A DNA stretch of 62,930 bases, counting the filler, from Licmophora abbreviata (Eukaryota), in NCBI GenBank assembly GCA_900291995.1. It is 9 parts of 9 records of this genome, joined end to end, with 100 filler letters (N's around TTAATTAATTAA, not from the genome) between each part and the next. Parts side by side here need not be neighbours in the genome. Positions count along the whole stretch, not along the records: positions 38,418 to 44,628 come from OLMU01004650.1; positions 44,729 to 50,391 come from OLMU01004652.1; positions 50,492 to 55,971 come from OLMU01004654.1; 6 more parts are not named here. One strand, 5' to 3'. Under the pieces are notes generated by a model that saw only the letters and a program-made list of their open reading frames with translations, did no database searches and had not been told where the DNA came from. The first letter of the stretch is position 1, and every line of letters starts with the position of its first letter. Both the position numbers and the translations under genes were made by a program. Positions 42,570-52,804 of this stretch are shown piece after piece.

Positions 42570-43022
42570 ATGCCTGCCAAACCCCGTGTTCTCTGCTGTG
42601 CCAACAACCGTATTGCCGCTGTGGACGAACTATACTTCTCACAGAGCTCTGCCCTTCACCAGCCAACGAAATCGGTCTTTCAAAAGAACAAACCTCAAGA
42701 AACGACCATCCGGGCCGAAGAAACACGAACCTCAACGCCCGATCAGAAAGAACAAGTAGATCCAAGACTTGTCATCTTTCGAGAAGTCGGTACTTCTTCA
42801 GAAGCCATGCAAGACATCTTTTGCTTGAAGAGATGCTACGCCTTTGACGAGGATGAAGAACAAGACAGTGAATTCGAATCTCCCTCCAAGCGCTCCCGTC
42901 GTTCTGTAGAAGAGGAACGAGACGACGATGATCATGAATCCCGCCCACGCACACCGCAGCTCTACGAAGACGATCGAATCATGGAAGACGGCGAGGATGG
43001 CTTTGTCATCATCCTTTCATGA
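42570..43022 (+). CDS. Small acidic hypothetical protein
   Basis: ORF from MPAKPRV with an acidic C-half. Shares a motif with 30511-31110. Confidence 0.6.
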   Translation: MPAKPRVLCCANNRIAAVDELYFSQSSALHQPTKSVFQKNKPQETTIRAEETRTSTPDQKEQVDPRLVIFREVGTSSEAMQDIFCLKRCYAFDEDEEQDSEFESPSKRSRRSVEEERDDDDHESRPRTPQLYEDDRIMEDGEDGFVIILS

Positions 43023-43457
43023 TCACACTGTGATTTTCACAGTGCACAACACTACCGCATATTCTTATTCTGATACTACTATTTTTAAAAATAAATAACA
43101 TCCTTGCATGATGCACTTTGTTCACGACACGAATGATCCCTTCTGTAGTCACTACGAACCATGAAACTACGAAATTGCGGCACTCTCGCTAACATGTCGT
43201 GGTGCCACACTTTCATTTTGGACTCACAATCCCACATGAATGATGGCACTTCCGGGACTTGATGAACCGACCGCCAAACACGGCGCTCTTGCCTCGCTTG
43301 GAACGGCAGTACCATACTTCGAAGTAATATGTTTGACAGCGCTGCTATGTTACCGGTGTTTCCTACCTGAACTTCTTGGTAACTTGACGAGCCGACCACC
43401 TTACACAGCTCTCTTGCCCAACGGTAGCACTTATGTTGACAGCGCTGCTATACTATG

Positions 43458-44628
43458 CTAGTACCGTCGACGTTTTACGGTACACCCCGTGCCGCTTGCG
43501 CCGCCTCCACAACAAGGCTCGTCCTCCCCATGCTCACTGCTCATCTCTACTTGACCCTGACGACGCCCTTCGTAAAACACGCGCAAGGCACGGTCCTTAA
43601 TGACATAGAGAAAGAGTCCGTCAAACTCTTGATCGACAGTCCGCCCCTCGCGCAAGGACTTTGGCGGGGCCAGCCTTGCCGAGTTAGCAACGAAATGAAC
43701 GCAAAAGCGAATCCACGCTGCGACCTTGGCGTAACTCGTAGTGGCCGAGTGCTGTCGAAATTCGATCGTTTCTTGGCGACCCGTGACGAGGTTTTGAAGA
43801 TTGAGCTTGAAGTAGCGACTGTTGTCGCGATTCATAGTGCGAGCCAGGGACGGGAGGTCTGTACAGGATGCGAGCTCGTCATGACGTGCCTTGTTGTTGT
43901 TGAAACTACTGCTATCAGTGCTTGCATCCACTGAGGCACGATTGCTTTTGAAGTAGGCGTCCGATTCGGGAGTGCCGGTGCGACGCGAGGGTGGCATGAA
44001 ACTATCCATGGCGGCTTCGTACTTGATGAAATTCTGACACACCTTGATGAGTTGGGACAGCGAAAGGTGACTGACATCGACATGCACGTGAAAACCCATG
44101 CTCTTGTTGACCGTGACAGTTCGTTGTTTGGTGAATCCTTGTTGGAGCCTTTGAAGAAGACCCTGGACCTGATTCAGACCAGCGCCACCGCGAAGAATGG
44201 GAGAGACGAGTTCTAACTTGTTGCAGTCGGGCATGGACACATTGCAGACTATGCTGGAGTCTGGAACAAGCTTCCACCCATCGTATGTCGAACGGCCTTC
44301 GGATTAGCTGTGGATCACTTGAATAGTTCCTGTCTGACGATTCGCGATGCGGGAGGCAATGTCGTTTGGATCCACTCCCACGGCCGACGTCAGTTCGAGT
44401 TCTATGCCAAAGCTGTGCGTGTGAGGAAGTTTGACCATGGAGATAGGTCGTACCGGACGGTTCTCTGTGAACGTATAGTAAGTGTCATTGTCAGAGTCGC
44501 GGTCCAAGACGATAGAATGTTCCACGGTCAGGGACGTGCCCCCGACGCCACGAAGTTTGATGGTGGCCGTGACGGGACCATAGGTCTGCTGACGCGTACT
44601 GAATCGCAGGGTCCTACTAGTACTAGTA
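43458..44628 (-). pseudogene. Putative amidoligase (Amidoligase_2-like) gene with in-frame TAA at 44306-44304; 5' end lies in the gap
   Basis: One reading frame carries SFGIELEL, (TAA), WKLVPDSSI, LELVSPIL, SMGFHVHVD, RYFKLNL and TIEFRQH. The frame is open upstream to the gap. Confidence 0.7.
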
Positions 44629-44728
44629 NNNNNNNNNNNNNNNNNNNNNNNNNNNNNNNNNNNNNNNNNNNNTTAATTAATTAANNNNNNNNNNNNNNNN
44701 NNNNNNNNNNNNNNNNNNNNNNNNNNNN
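44629..44728. other. Artificial scaffold linker
   Basis: N44-TTAATTAATTAA-N44. Confidence 0.98.
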
Positions 44729-44788
44729 AGAGTCCTCCTGAGAGTCCTCCTGAGAGTCCTCCTAAGAGTCCTCCTGAGAGTCCTCCTG
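44729..44788 (+). repeat. 12-bp tandem repeat (AGAGTCCTCCTG) x5 at contig start
   Basis: Five units visible, one with a G>A change. The array probably continues into the gap. Confidence 0.9.
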
Positions 44789-44859
44789 TCGCTTCGGAAA
44801 TGAGAGAGAGATCAGAGAGACTAAAAATCTGAAAGAAAGAGAGCCAAAATCAAAAATCA

Positions 44860-45873
44860 ATGAATGAATCAATCGACTCGATTGAGTCAGTCAATATGTC
44901 GCTGACCAACGACGACGCTTCACCCCTCCACCGCCTACCCTCTGATCTTCTTCGATTGACGTTCCACAAGTACAGTGACGGCAAGTCTCTTTCGACTCTT
45001 CTACTTGTCTGTAGAAAGGATCGCGTGCTATTTTCGACCATTCGACTCTTGCTTCGAGATCGACTGTCTCTCATGCACGACTTTGTGCACGAGCACTGCA
45101 CCAACACCACGACGCGTCAATCTCTCTTGCCCCTCTTGGAGACGTTGATATCGAGACCTGAACTACAAGAAGAAAAAGAAGAAGACGCTCCCTCGGGCGA
45201 TCCCCCAGTTGCCGACTTTCCGCTTCTGGTCAGGAATTTATCCAGACTCTCTGCCTTTCTCGACTACCTCGAACAATCCCGTCTGGACGAGGACTCTAGC
45301 GTCGGGCTCTGTGTTCCAATTTGGAGAGGTCGCGTCGTCCTGGTTGACACCAGGCCGTGCGGGACAAGAGATCCATTTCCCCTGGAGGGAGAAATTGTGT
45401 CACCCTATTGGCACCTGCGCTTGATACAAGACTTCACTGCGAGTAAGATACAGAACTTTCGACGGGAAGTGCGAAGAACTCGGACGGTACCGCCGTTGGG
45501 GATGCTGCGAGGAACATCCAAGATGCAGTCGATGACTCCGGAACGCTTTACTTCATGTGGCATGTCGGTCTTTCTACCACCACCCCATCGACACTCCAAT
45601 AGTACTAGTAGTGGTAGCCCTCTATCTCCCTTTTTGATGACTCGTGCAACTGCAAAGCTGAGGCTGTTGGAGAACATGAATGACGACATCCGCGAAACGA
45701 TCCAAACCGTCTTGGATCTCTGTAGAAAGGAAAGGGGGCTGGTGTGTCAGTGGACGGAATCAGAGAATTGCAACGAAGATGACGACGAGAACAACACGTT
45801 CGCCATTGAGACACTCGATTTTGTGCTTCCAATCATTGAGCTTCTAAAGGCACAGCCTGCGAGTGCTAGCTGA
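44860..45873 (+). CDS. Hypothetical protein with N-terminal F-box-like motif
   Basis: LHRLPSDLLRLTFHKYSDGKSLSTLLLVCRK resembles the F-box consensus (LPxE/D...L..VCR/K). Confidence 0.6.
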   Translation: MNESIDSIESVNMSLTNDDASPLHRLPSDLLRLTFHKYSDGKSLSTLLLVCRKDRVLFSTIRLLLRDRLSLMHDFVHEHCTNTTTRQSLLPLLETLISRPELQEEKEEDAPSGDPPVADFPLLVRNLSRLSAFLDYLEQSRLDEDSSVGLCVPIWRGRVVLVDTRPCGTRDPFPLEGEIVSPYWHLRLIQDFTASKIQNFRREVRRTRTVPPLGMLRGTSKMQSMTPERFTSCGMSVFLPPPHRHSNSTSSGSPLSPFLMTRATAKLRLLENMNDDIRETIQTVLDLCRKERGLVCQWTESENCNEDDDENNTFAIETLDFVLPIIELLKAQPASAS

Positions 45874-45933
45874 TACTACTGTTATAAATACTACTGTATC
45901 ACTCTTGTGCAGTCTTCAGACGTTTCGCCTCGA

Positions 45934-48264
45934 TCACTGAATCGTCATAGCCTTCATGCTCTCGGGCGTCTGGTAGTGACAAATATGCGATTCCCGTCCA
46001 CACGTCTCAGGAGATTTGTTGTTGCACTGGCCATACTTTGCTTTCACTGCGGGTGTTGCTTTCCCGGCGTAGAGTTCAGACCCCAAGTATCCCGCCATTC
46101 GATCATGAGGTACTTCTGGGCGCTTACCGGAATGCAGCCCGACAAAATAAAAGTTGAAGAAGAAGCCGAGCGCCCAGTCCGAGTGAAGACAAAACCCGTG
46201 AGTCCAGCTTGTGTGAGCCGCAAAGGGTTGCGCGGCAGCGTACGCCTCCATGAGTTCTCCGATCGACATGCCGTCGTGAAAGAGGTGCTTTTCGCCAATC
46301 TGGTTCTCCTCGAGGCGATGACACGCGTTTGTTACAAAATCATCGCTGTTTTTATCTGTTTGGCAATACACGGGTCTCATCAAGTTGGCTATCGCGCCAC
46401 GGCTGAGGAGCGTGCCCCATCCACCGAAGGGGATGGTAAAATTAGACTCCATTACGCGACTCCGTATCAGACATCCCGCCAGGACATGCGCGTCGTTAGA
46501 ATCGTATCGTAGGAGCTCTTTTTGAACCAGCTCCATTTGATAATAGGAATCATCGTCTATAATGACAAGAAAGTCAGGCAACCTTTCGGTTCGATACTTT
46601 CCCAGTGCATTGCTAATTCCGTGAATGGGACGTTTCTGAGCGCATAACCACCCCACGGCGTTCTTCTTTCCCTGGAGCCACGCTCTGGTTGCGTAATGAT
46701 TTCTCTGGTAGTGCATGAGTGAGTCCTTGTTCCAAGTTTGTCCACGACAAAAAGAAGAAATCGCCAAGGTGTCTGCGACTGCAAGATTGCTCGAGCAGTC
46801 TCGTTCGGCATCATCTTCCTCTGTCACGTTGAAGAAGTATCGAACCGAGGGATGCTTTCCAAATGTATCTCTTTGAGCGTCTTGGAAGTCAAGTCGTGAG
46901 AGCGAACCAATGCTGAGAAAGTCTAGGACAAGAGGCGTGGTGGAAAGGTCGGTCCTTGGTACAGTCACTGGCGTTGACACCGCGGCCGCTTTATCCGCCT
47001 CCGCCTCGGTAGAACTGGCGGGACAGAGCCCATGTAACAGCGCATGGCATCTCCGTATACCACGGTCATCAGATGGCGTCTTGGCCCCTTTGAGGTGAAA
47101 TGCAATGCTCGAGGCAGAAATGCTATCCAAACCCTCCTTGAGCACCACATTATGAAAGTCCAAGAGGGCCTGTATCTGAAGTGGTGTACGAGCTCCGAAC
47201 TTCCATCGTGCGTGAAATTCGATATCCTGAATGTGATATCTTGGCTCGTCCTTCTCATCGACATCATCGGTACAGCTCCTCCCAATGCTCCGAAAGCAAC
47301 TGGCAACAATCCTGTCTTCGTCCGATGCAGTATGGTTTGGCCAGCATTCTGGCGTTGGATACAAATCTACGAGTTTCTTGACAGCTCCTCGACTCAACGT
47401 ATACCCAGCCCCACCACCGCAGAAGGAATTCCGTGCCCGTGGAAAGTCTGCCATCTTGCGTCCCCGAAAAACAATGTCTTCGGGATCATTTGACAGCATA
47501 GAAACGGAGTAGCGCAAGTTCTCTGGAATGACAAACGTGTCGTCACCGCAAATGTAGAAATAATCGTAGTCGTCCAAGTAGTGATCATACATGTAGGCCC
47601 ACATGGCCTTGATCTTGTTCCACATGTTGCCGTACGCCTCTTCTCCGTCATGTAGCAAATTAACTGCTCCAATCGAAGGATCGGTGACATTGGAGGCAGC
47701 AAAGAAACCGTCGCATCGTGGTCCCCACGTTTCAGCAATCGCTCTGACAGCGTAGTGTCGATTCGAGTGGGTATAGACAGCGCAGAGTATCCTTTTGGGG
47801 GATCGATTCGATGGTACTTGATGTATGTGTATCTTTCGTAGAGCCTGATCGCCGTGCTTGCCCTCGGCTCCCTCCCCCCGAGGAGCACTGCAAACTGCGC
47901 CGTCCAGATTGGTCAAGTCGACTGGGTAATTTTTCAAAAAGGTCACATCGTGGACATAGCCAGGCTTGCCGCTCGTGTCTAGTGCTCCCGCATGAGGATG
48001 AGGACGAAGGGGCTTCGCTATGGGCCCTCTTTTCTCGGTCTTGTTGACTAATGACCGCGATACCATCATACGATCAGTAGGAGGCTCATGGATAAGATCC
48101 TCCTGGGTCGTTAAGAAGAGGTTTTGAAGCGTTTCTCGGAACAGAACGCCCTGAATGCTTAGTATGGCCACCACGGGCAGAATCAGAGCCCTGAATCCTC
48201 GTAGAGAGCACCGGGACGACGAACTAGGAGGCGTCATGGTCCTTTGTGTTTGCAGCAGTATCAT
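45934..48264 (-). CDS. Two-domain glycosyltransferase: core-1 beta-1,3-galactosyltransferase-like (GT31) plus a second Fringe/GT31-like domain
   Basis: N-terminal TM helix. Domain 1: ILCAVYT, TWGPRCD, YDYFYICGDDTFV, GGGAGYTLSRGA, EDRIVASC, AFH. Domain 2: LSIGS..RLD, GWLCAQ, IIDDDS, PFGGWG, HSDW, ICHY. Confidence 0.85.
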   Translation of the reverse strand: MILLQTQRTMTPPSSSSRCSLRGFRALILPVVAILSIQGVLFRETLQNLFLTTQEDLIHEPPTDRMMVSRSLVNKTEKRGPIAKPLRPHPHAGALDTSGKPGYVHDVTFLKNYPVDLTNLDGAVCSAPRGEGAEGKHGDQALRKIHIHQVPSNRSPKRILCAVYTHSNRHYAVRAIAETWGPRCDGFFAASNVTDPSIGAVNLLHDGEEAYGNMWNKIKAMWAYMYDHYLDDYDYFYICGDDTFVIPENLRYSVSMLSNDPEDIVFRGRKMADFPRARNSFCGGGAGYTLSRGAVKKLVDLYPTPECWPNHTASDEDRIVASCFRSIGRSCTDDVDEKDEPRYHIQDIEFHARWKFGARTPLQIQALLDFHNVVLKEGLDSISASSIAFHLKGAKTPSDDRGIRRCHALLHGLCPASSTEAEADKAAAVSTPVTVPRTDLSTTPLVLDFLSIGSLSRLDFQDAQRDTFGKHPSVRYFFNVTEEDDAERDCSSNLAVADTLAISSFCRGQTWNKDSLMHYQRNHYATRAWLQGKKNAVGWLCAQKRPIHGISNALGKYRTERLPDFLVIIDDDSYYQMELVQKELLRYDSNDAHVLAGCLIRSRVMESNFTIPFGGWGTLLSRGAIANLMRPVYCQTDKNSDDFVTNACHRLEENQIGEKHLFHDGMSIGELMEAYAAAQPFAAHTSWTHGFCLHSDWALGFFFNFYFVGLHSGKRPEVPHDRMAGYLGSELYAGKATPAVKAKYGQCNNKSPETCGRESHICHYQTPESMKAMTIQ

Positions 48265-48604
48265 ACAGTCCGGTCATCTTCGTGTCCCTGCTTATGTCGA
48301 GGCAGTCGGCGTCGTCTCACGGGATCACGGATGACTAACTGACAGTGACTCGACTTACCCTAACCCACGATTCAGCAAACAGGAGGACGCGCCCCATCCA
48401 CTCGGCTCTTCGCTTGCTGATGCAGCAACACCTTAAGCCTTTACGTGTGTCATATCATACGTACAGTGGAAGCTATCTAGGATATAATCAACGATATAAT
48501 CAACGCAATTAGAAATAGAATGGAATGGTCAATCATCACGTCGAGCCACCAGTCTTGAAGTCTCACACACTTTCCTACTATAGTACCGGTTTCGTACTAA
48601 AACT

Positions 48605-50191
48605 CTAACATCCCACAGGAGTGTTTCCATGATCGCGAAATGCTTGAGACACCTTTATTCGGGCTATCTCGAAAGAGAGCTCATCCCAATGCTCTCCTCG
48701 CTTCTTGAGGAATCTTCCGCCTACAGCACGAATAGCATGGGCAACACTGCTACTCAACTTTGTCTTGTCACTCCTGCAAATGTCAGCATACCGATGCTCG
48801 TGTTTTGACACCAACTGTCTCATGAGCTGTTTCATGACGAGGCGACAAGGAGATTAGCGAAAAGAATGAAGACTGGTATAGATCTTCCAAAATCGTCGTT
48901 CTCCACATTTTCTTACCTTGTTGCCCGGCTGATTGTTGGCGCGAGCACCTCTTCCTGCGATCACGTCACACAACCTGGGGCATTCTTCGACGCTAACAGC
49001 CTCTTCCCATTCCGGTGGGAGACACTCTGGATAATGCTGCATTACAAGTTGCAAAGCAAACAACTTGACAAAGGCTCCATGTGGCAGCTCCGTACAAACA
49101 TGCTGTTCCACTTGCCTTTGAGAATTGTCCGCGTGTTCAACATTCGCTTGGGAGCCTACTCCTCCGTTCTTCTTCTTGAGCTGCTTGCGCATTGCGGTTT
49201 GGAACATTGCAATCTTTTTCTTGTCACTGGCTAGATGGAACTCGCCATTATCGTCGATCTGCCAAATCTTTCGACAATGACCGTTCATTTTCTCCTTTTC
49301 GAAAATCATCAAAGCTTCGCGTGCAATCCTCTTCTTATCAGCCCCCTCTAGCTGGTAAGCGTCAATGTTCTCCTCAACTACTTCTAGGAAGCGATGATTG
49401 CCTTCATGTGCCGGTGGTTGAAATGTGGTCTTGAGGTGAGGATGTTTTTCAAGTGCTCTCTTCACATTGATGCCTGTCCCACCTACTCGGTCGTGAAGCG
49501 ATGGCAAAGCGCTTCCTGGACAACCAGACAGTGGCGAGTCTCGATCGAGTTCGTCTACTCTGGTGGGACTCGTAGTTTGAGTTTGTTGTGGCGTCTTGGA
49601 GTCAGTCGTGCACTGGGAGTCCACTCCAGGCCTCTCGTCTACGACTACTGTGTCGACGGGCTCACTTGCTATGGGAACGCTTTCCCTCGAATCTTGCGTC
49701 AATGGAAAAGCGCTCCTTTGCTCGTTGTTGCTGTTGGCGTGTGGAGATGGAAGACGATCGAATCGTGGACGCTTCGAGAGAGGAGTGTCCGAGACCTCAT
49801 CGCTTGAGCGCTTCTTGGACACCGGCTTCACGGGGAACATCGACAGTTGCTTTGACAGAAAGACTGTCGGGGGCTTCACGGAGGAGGCATCCTTGCTCCT
49901 CATCTCCGACGCTGACGATAGTAACGATAAGAAACCAGATCTCGGATCGTAGCGCAGTACCCCTTCTGATGAAAACCCAGATGGCGTGTTGATGTCGTCC
50001 AATAATGCCGGTGGTAGCAGTCGTTCATGATGCATACAAGCAGATGCCGGATTCTTAGAAGTAGTGGTAGAAGTACGGCTCGTTGCGCTCATTGTCACAA
50101 GAGAGGGTTTTTGGGACGATCCATGTATGCATGACATCCTCAATACGCCTGAGTTCGCAGAAAAGACCAGATTCTGCCTGGACAGTTTCAC
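48605..50191 (-). CDS. Diatom DUF6824-type protein; intron 48916-48827
   Basis: Spliced sequence DVIAGRGARANNQPGNK|LMRQLV...Y...K...GGRFLKK..W.E....KVSQAFRD. Start codon uncertain. Confidence 0.75.
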
Positions 50192-50391
50192 AACAGTCTT
50201 CCAGTCTGTCGTTCTGACTCGTTCGAAATCTTTCGAAAGAGGCTAAATTGAGAGGGGAGTCAAGGCAGTCTTGGTGGAGACGCCGGCTTCGTGGGACCAC
50301 GCAAATATCTGGAGAGCAGAACTTGGGAGAAGACGAAACTGGACTTGACTTGACTCACAAAAGGGGAACCGGTACCTTTACGATTGAAGTA

Positions 50392-50491
50392 NNNNNNNNN
50401 NNNNNNNNNNNNNNNNNNNNNNNNNNNNNNNNNNNTTAATTAATTAANNNNNNNNNNNNNNNNNNNNNNNNNNNNNNNNNNNNNNNNNNNN
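50392..50491. other. Artificial scaffold linker
   Basis: N44-TTAATTAATTAA-N44. Confidence 0.98.
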
Positions 50492-51103
50492 ATCAGGCGG
50501 AGAAGGAGTGAAACACATCACATAGCTAGGAGGGAGCGTTCAAATCGTTGAAACTCAACGAACTGACCAGAAAGTACACTCATAGATTCTCTACAACAAA
50601 GACCCCCTCTTCACCACCAGGTTTGTCCGCAGGACGGCGTATGTACCAGGTAGAGTGGACTGACTCAACTCAACTGGAGGAGAGTGAAATCGTTACAGAC
50701 AGGAGAGACAGACGATGGACAGACGATATCGTTCAGAGCGAAAGGATGTCCTTGACCTCCCTGAAAGTGTTCAAGACTACCCTCCGGCTCGTTGTCCCCT
50801 TCATCATCGGAACCGATATGACAAAACGAGTCTACGGTATGAACAGCCTCTTCGAGAGCAACGTCCTCGGAGCACTTTCAACTTGTACAAACCTGATGTG
50901 ATTTCCGTCATCAGTGACCCAGCTTCTGTCAATTTCAAATCGGACATTTTCTGCTCCGAAAAGTCACAGCAAAAGGCCCAAAAGGCGAATAAATCTCAAG
51001 GGCGTCAAACTGCAAAACTGAACCATAGACTACCGACTTTGGGTGACAAGGAAGTCTTTGCAGGACAGGTAGATTACTAAAAGAGCACAAGCGCCTCCCC
51101 ACC

Positions 51104-52579
51104 ATGAAGATCAGTTCCATCGGAATCTTATATTCAGTCTATCTCATTGCCTCTCTCACCTCGACAAAGGCTGAAGACGATGACTACTGCTACGACAATC
51201 TGACTGACATTGCAAACACTGAGATTCGTTTGGCAGCTAACGGTGACGACACTTCCCAGGTTCGAGAGTACATTCTGTGTCCCCACACGGACTTCATCAT
51301 TGGCACACCTTCTCAAAACGGCCTGAGCTACGAAAACGGCGATCTTCCCTTGGTGGTACTCAATCCCAACTTGCACGTGGTGAGTTCTGGTAATTCTCAT
51401 CTGCTGGGGTAGTCGGTACAACAAGTCAATTGAACGCGTTGCAGTCTCCCCAAGATTCATATCACTCTCGTCTTCCTCTTCTTCTATCTCCCCTAGATAT
51501 GTGGACGAGATGGATCGCCTTCGAACAAATGTACCCTGTACGGAGGTGAGCATCAGGTCATCTCTTCGTCACCTGCCTTCCTTCCAGAAGCACTCGATGG
51601 TGTCATGCCGGATGCCACCAACTTTTTGCTGCGCGGTGTCACTCTCAAGGGATCTACTGGCATTGAAATGAGTTTTTCAAGTATCGGATCGAACATCCTG
51701 ATTGAAGACTGTATTTTTAAGGACTCGGTCCAAGGACAATTCTCTGTATACATTGACTCGCCTGGTGAGGCTCAGCTCGAATCAGGAGCGACGGGGAGTC
51801 CCACGGACGGAGGACGACGAAGCCTGGAGGAAGGTCTCATTTTCGTTCCAGAGGGCTCACTCGAAACGCCCAACTTAGACGTGACGATACGGCATTGTAC
51901 TTTTGAGGTAAGCTCCAGAACATGGAGGACTCAATGAATTAGTCACGTCGTGCGTGGTGTCATTGTGATTGCTAACGCCGTCATGGTACCGGTACCGTCG
52001 TTACACTTTTACGAAGTTCAATCGAAAGACCATGTCCATTGTGGGATCGATCGGAAATGCAAATGTGATTATTGAAGATTCAAAGTTTGTATCCAATTCT
52101 ATCTTTGGCCGTGACGATGTAAGTAGGGGCAGCGGCAACATCGTCGTCAGAACAATCTCGTCGAACGACTTCGTCTCACCTAGTCAGCTATGCCTTGTGT
52201 GAAGGTCGGATCCATCGTATGGTTGACAGATGGGATCGGCTTACTGACGGACAACTGTTTCAATAGCAACATCTACAATCTCTCTCCCGTGTTGATCAAT
52301 GGAGGAGATTTTACAGTGGAAGGGAACTATGCCAGCGACGAGCCTCGTGAGCAAGAACTTGGATGCGATTCGTTCATGTATGTCCAGGAGGCATCATCTT
52401 TGGGGGAAGCTCTGGAAACCAAGCAGTTTGAGTGTTCGGCATTTACAGAAGACTCTTGCAAAGCTCAGGACATGGAACCGCTTCTGCAGAACCAGGGTAG
52501 CTCTGCAACCTCTCAAACTGGTGTTTGGGCTGGGTTGACGGGACTTCTTTGTACTGCCGTTCTAGTGGCGCTAGAGTAG
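51104..52579 (+). CDS. Secreted, probably GPI-anchored cell-surface protein with beta-helix-like repeats; exons 51104-51379, 51497-51907, 52017-52118, 52205-52579
   Basis: Signal peptide. Motifs REYILCP, ICGRDGSPSNKC, and repeated 'I.IEDC.F.D / TIRHCTFE / IIEDSKFVSN / DNCFNSN'. C-terminal SSA plus hydrophobic tail. Three GT-AG introns preserve the frame. Confidence 0.7.
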
Positions 52580-52804
52580 GCAATCGCAGAGAAGTTTATT
52601 TCAACTTCACCATTGTAAAATACACAAGTCGTGAACTCGTATTACACGCCGGTCGACAAACAGGTCGAGTGGCATTCATTTGTACAAGACTCGATCATTG
52701 CTGCCTTGGAGTAAAAATACGAACCCTTCACACAACCCGTGCAGGTCTACCGGTATCACCACGACGAACGCGACTGCTCGTTCACAGAACGCGTATCGGA
52801 CCGC

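Noticed and set aside
50548..51080. Two overlapping ORFs of about 120 aa upstream of the surface-protein gene
   Set aside because: They have no motifs or convincing composition and are treated as intergenic.
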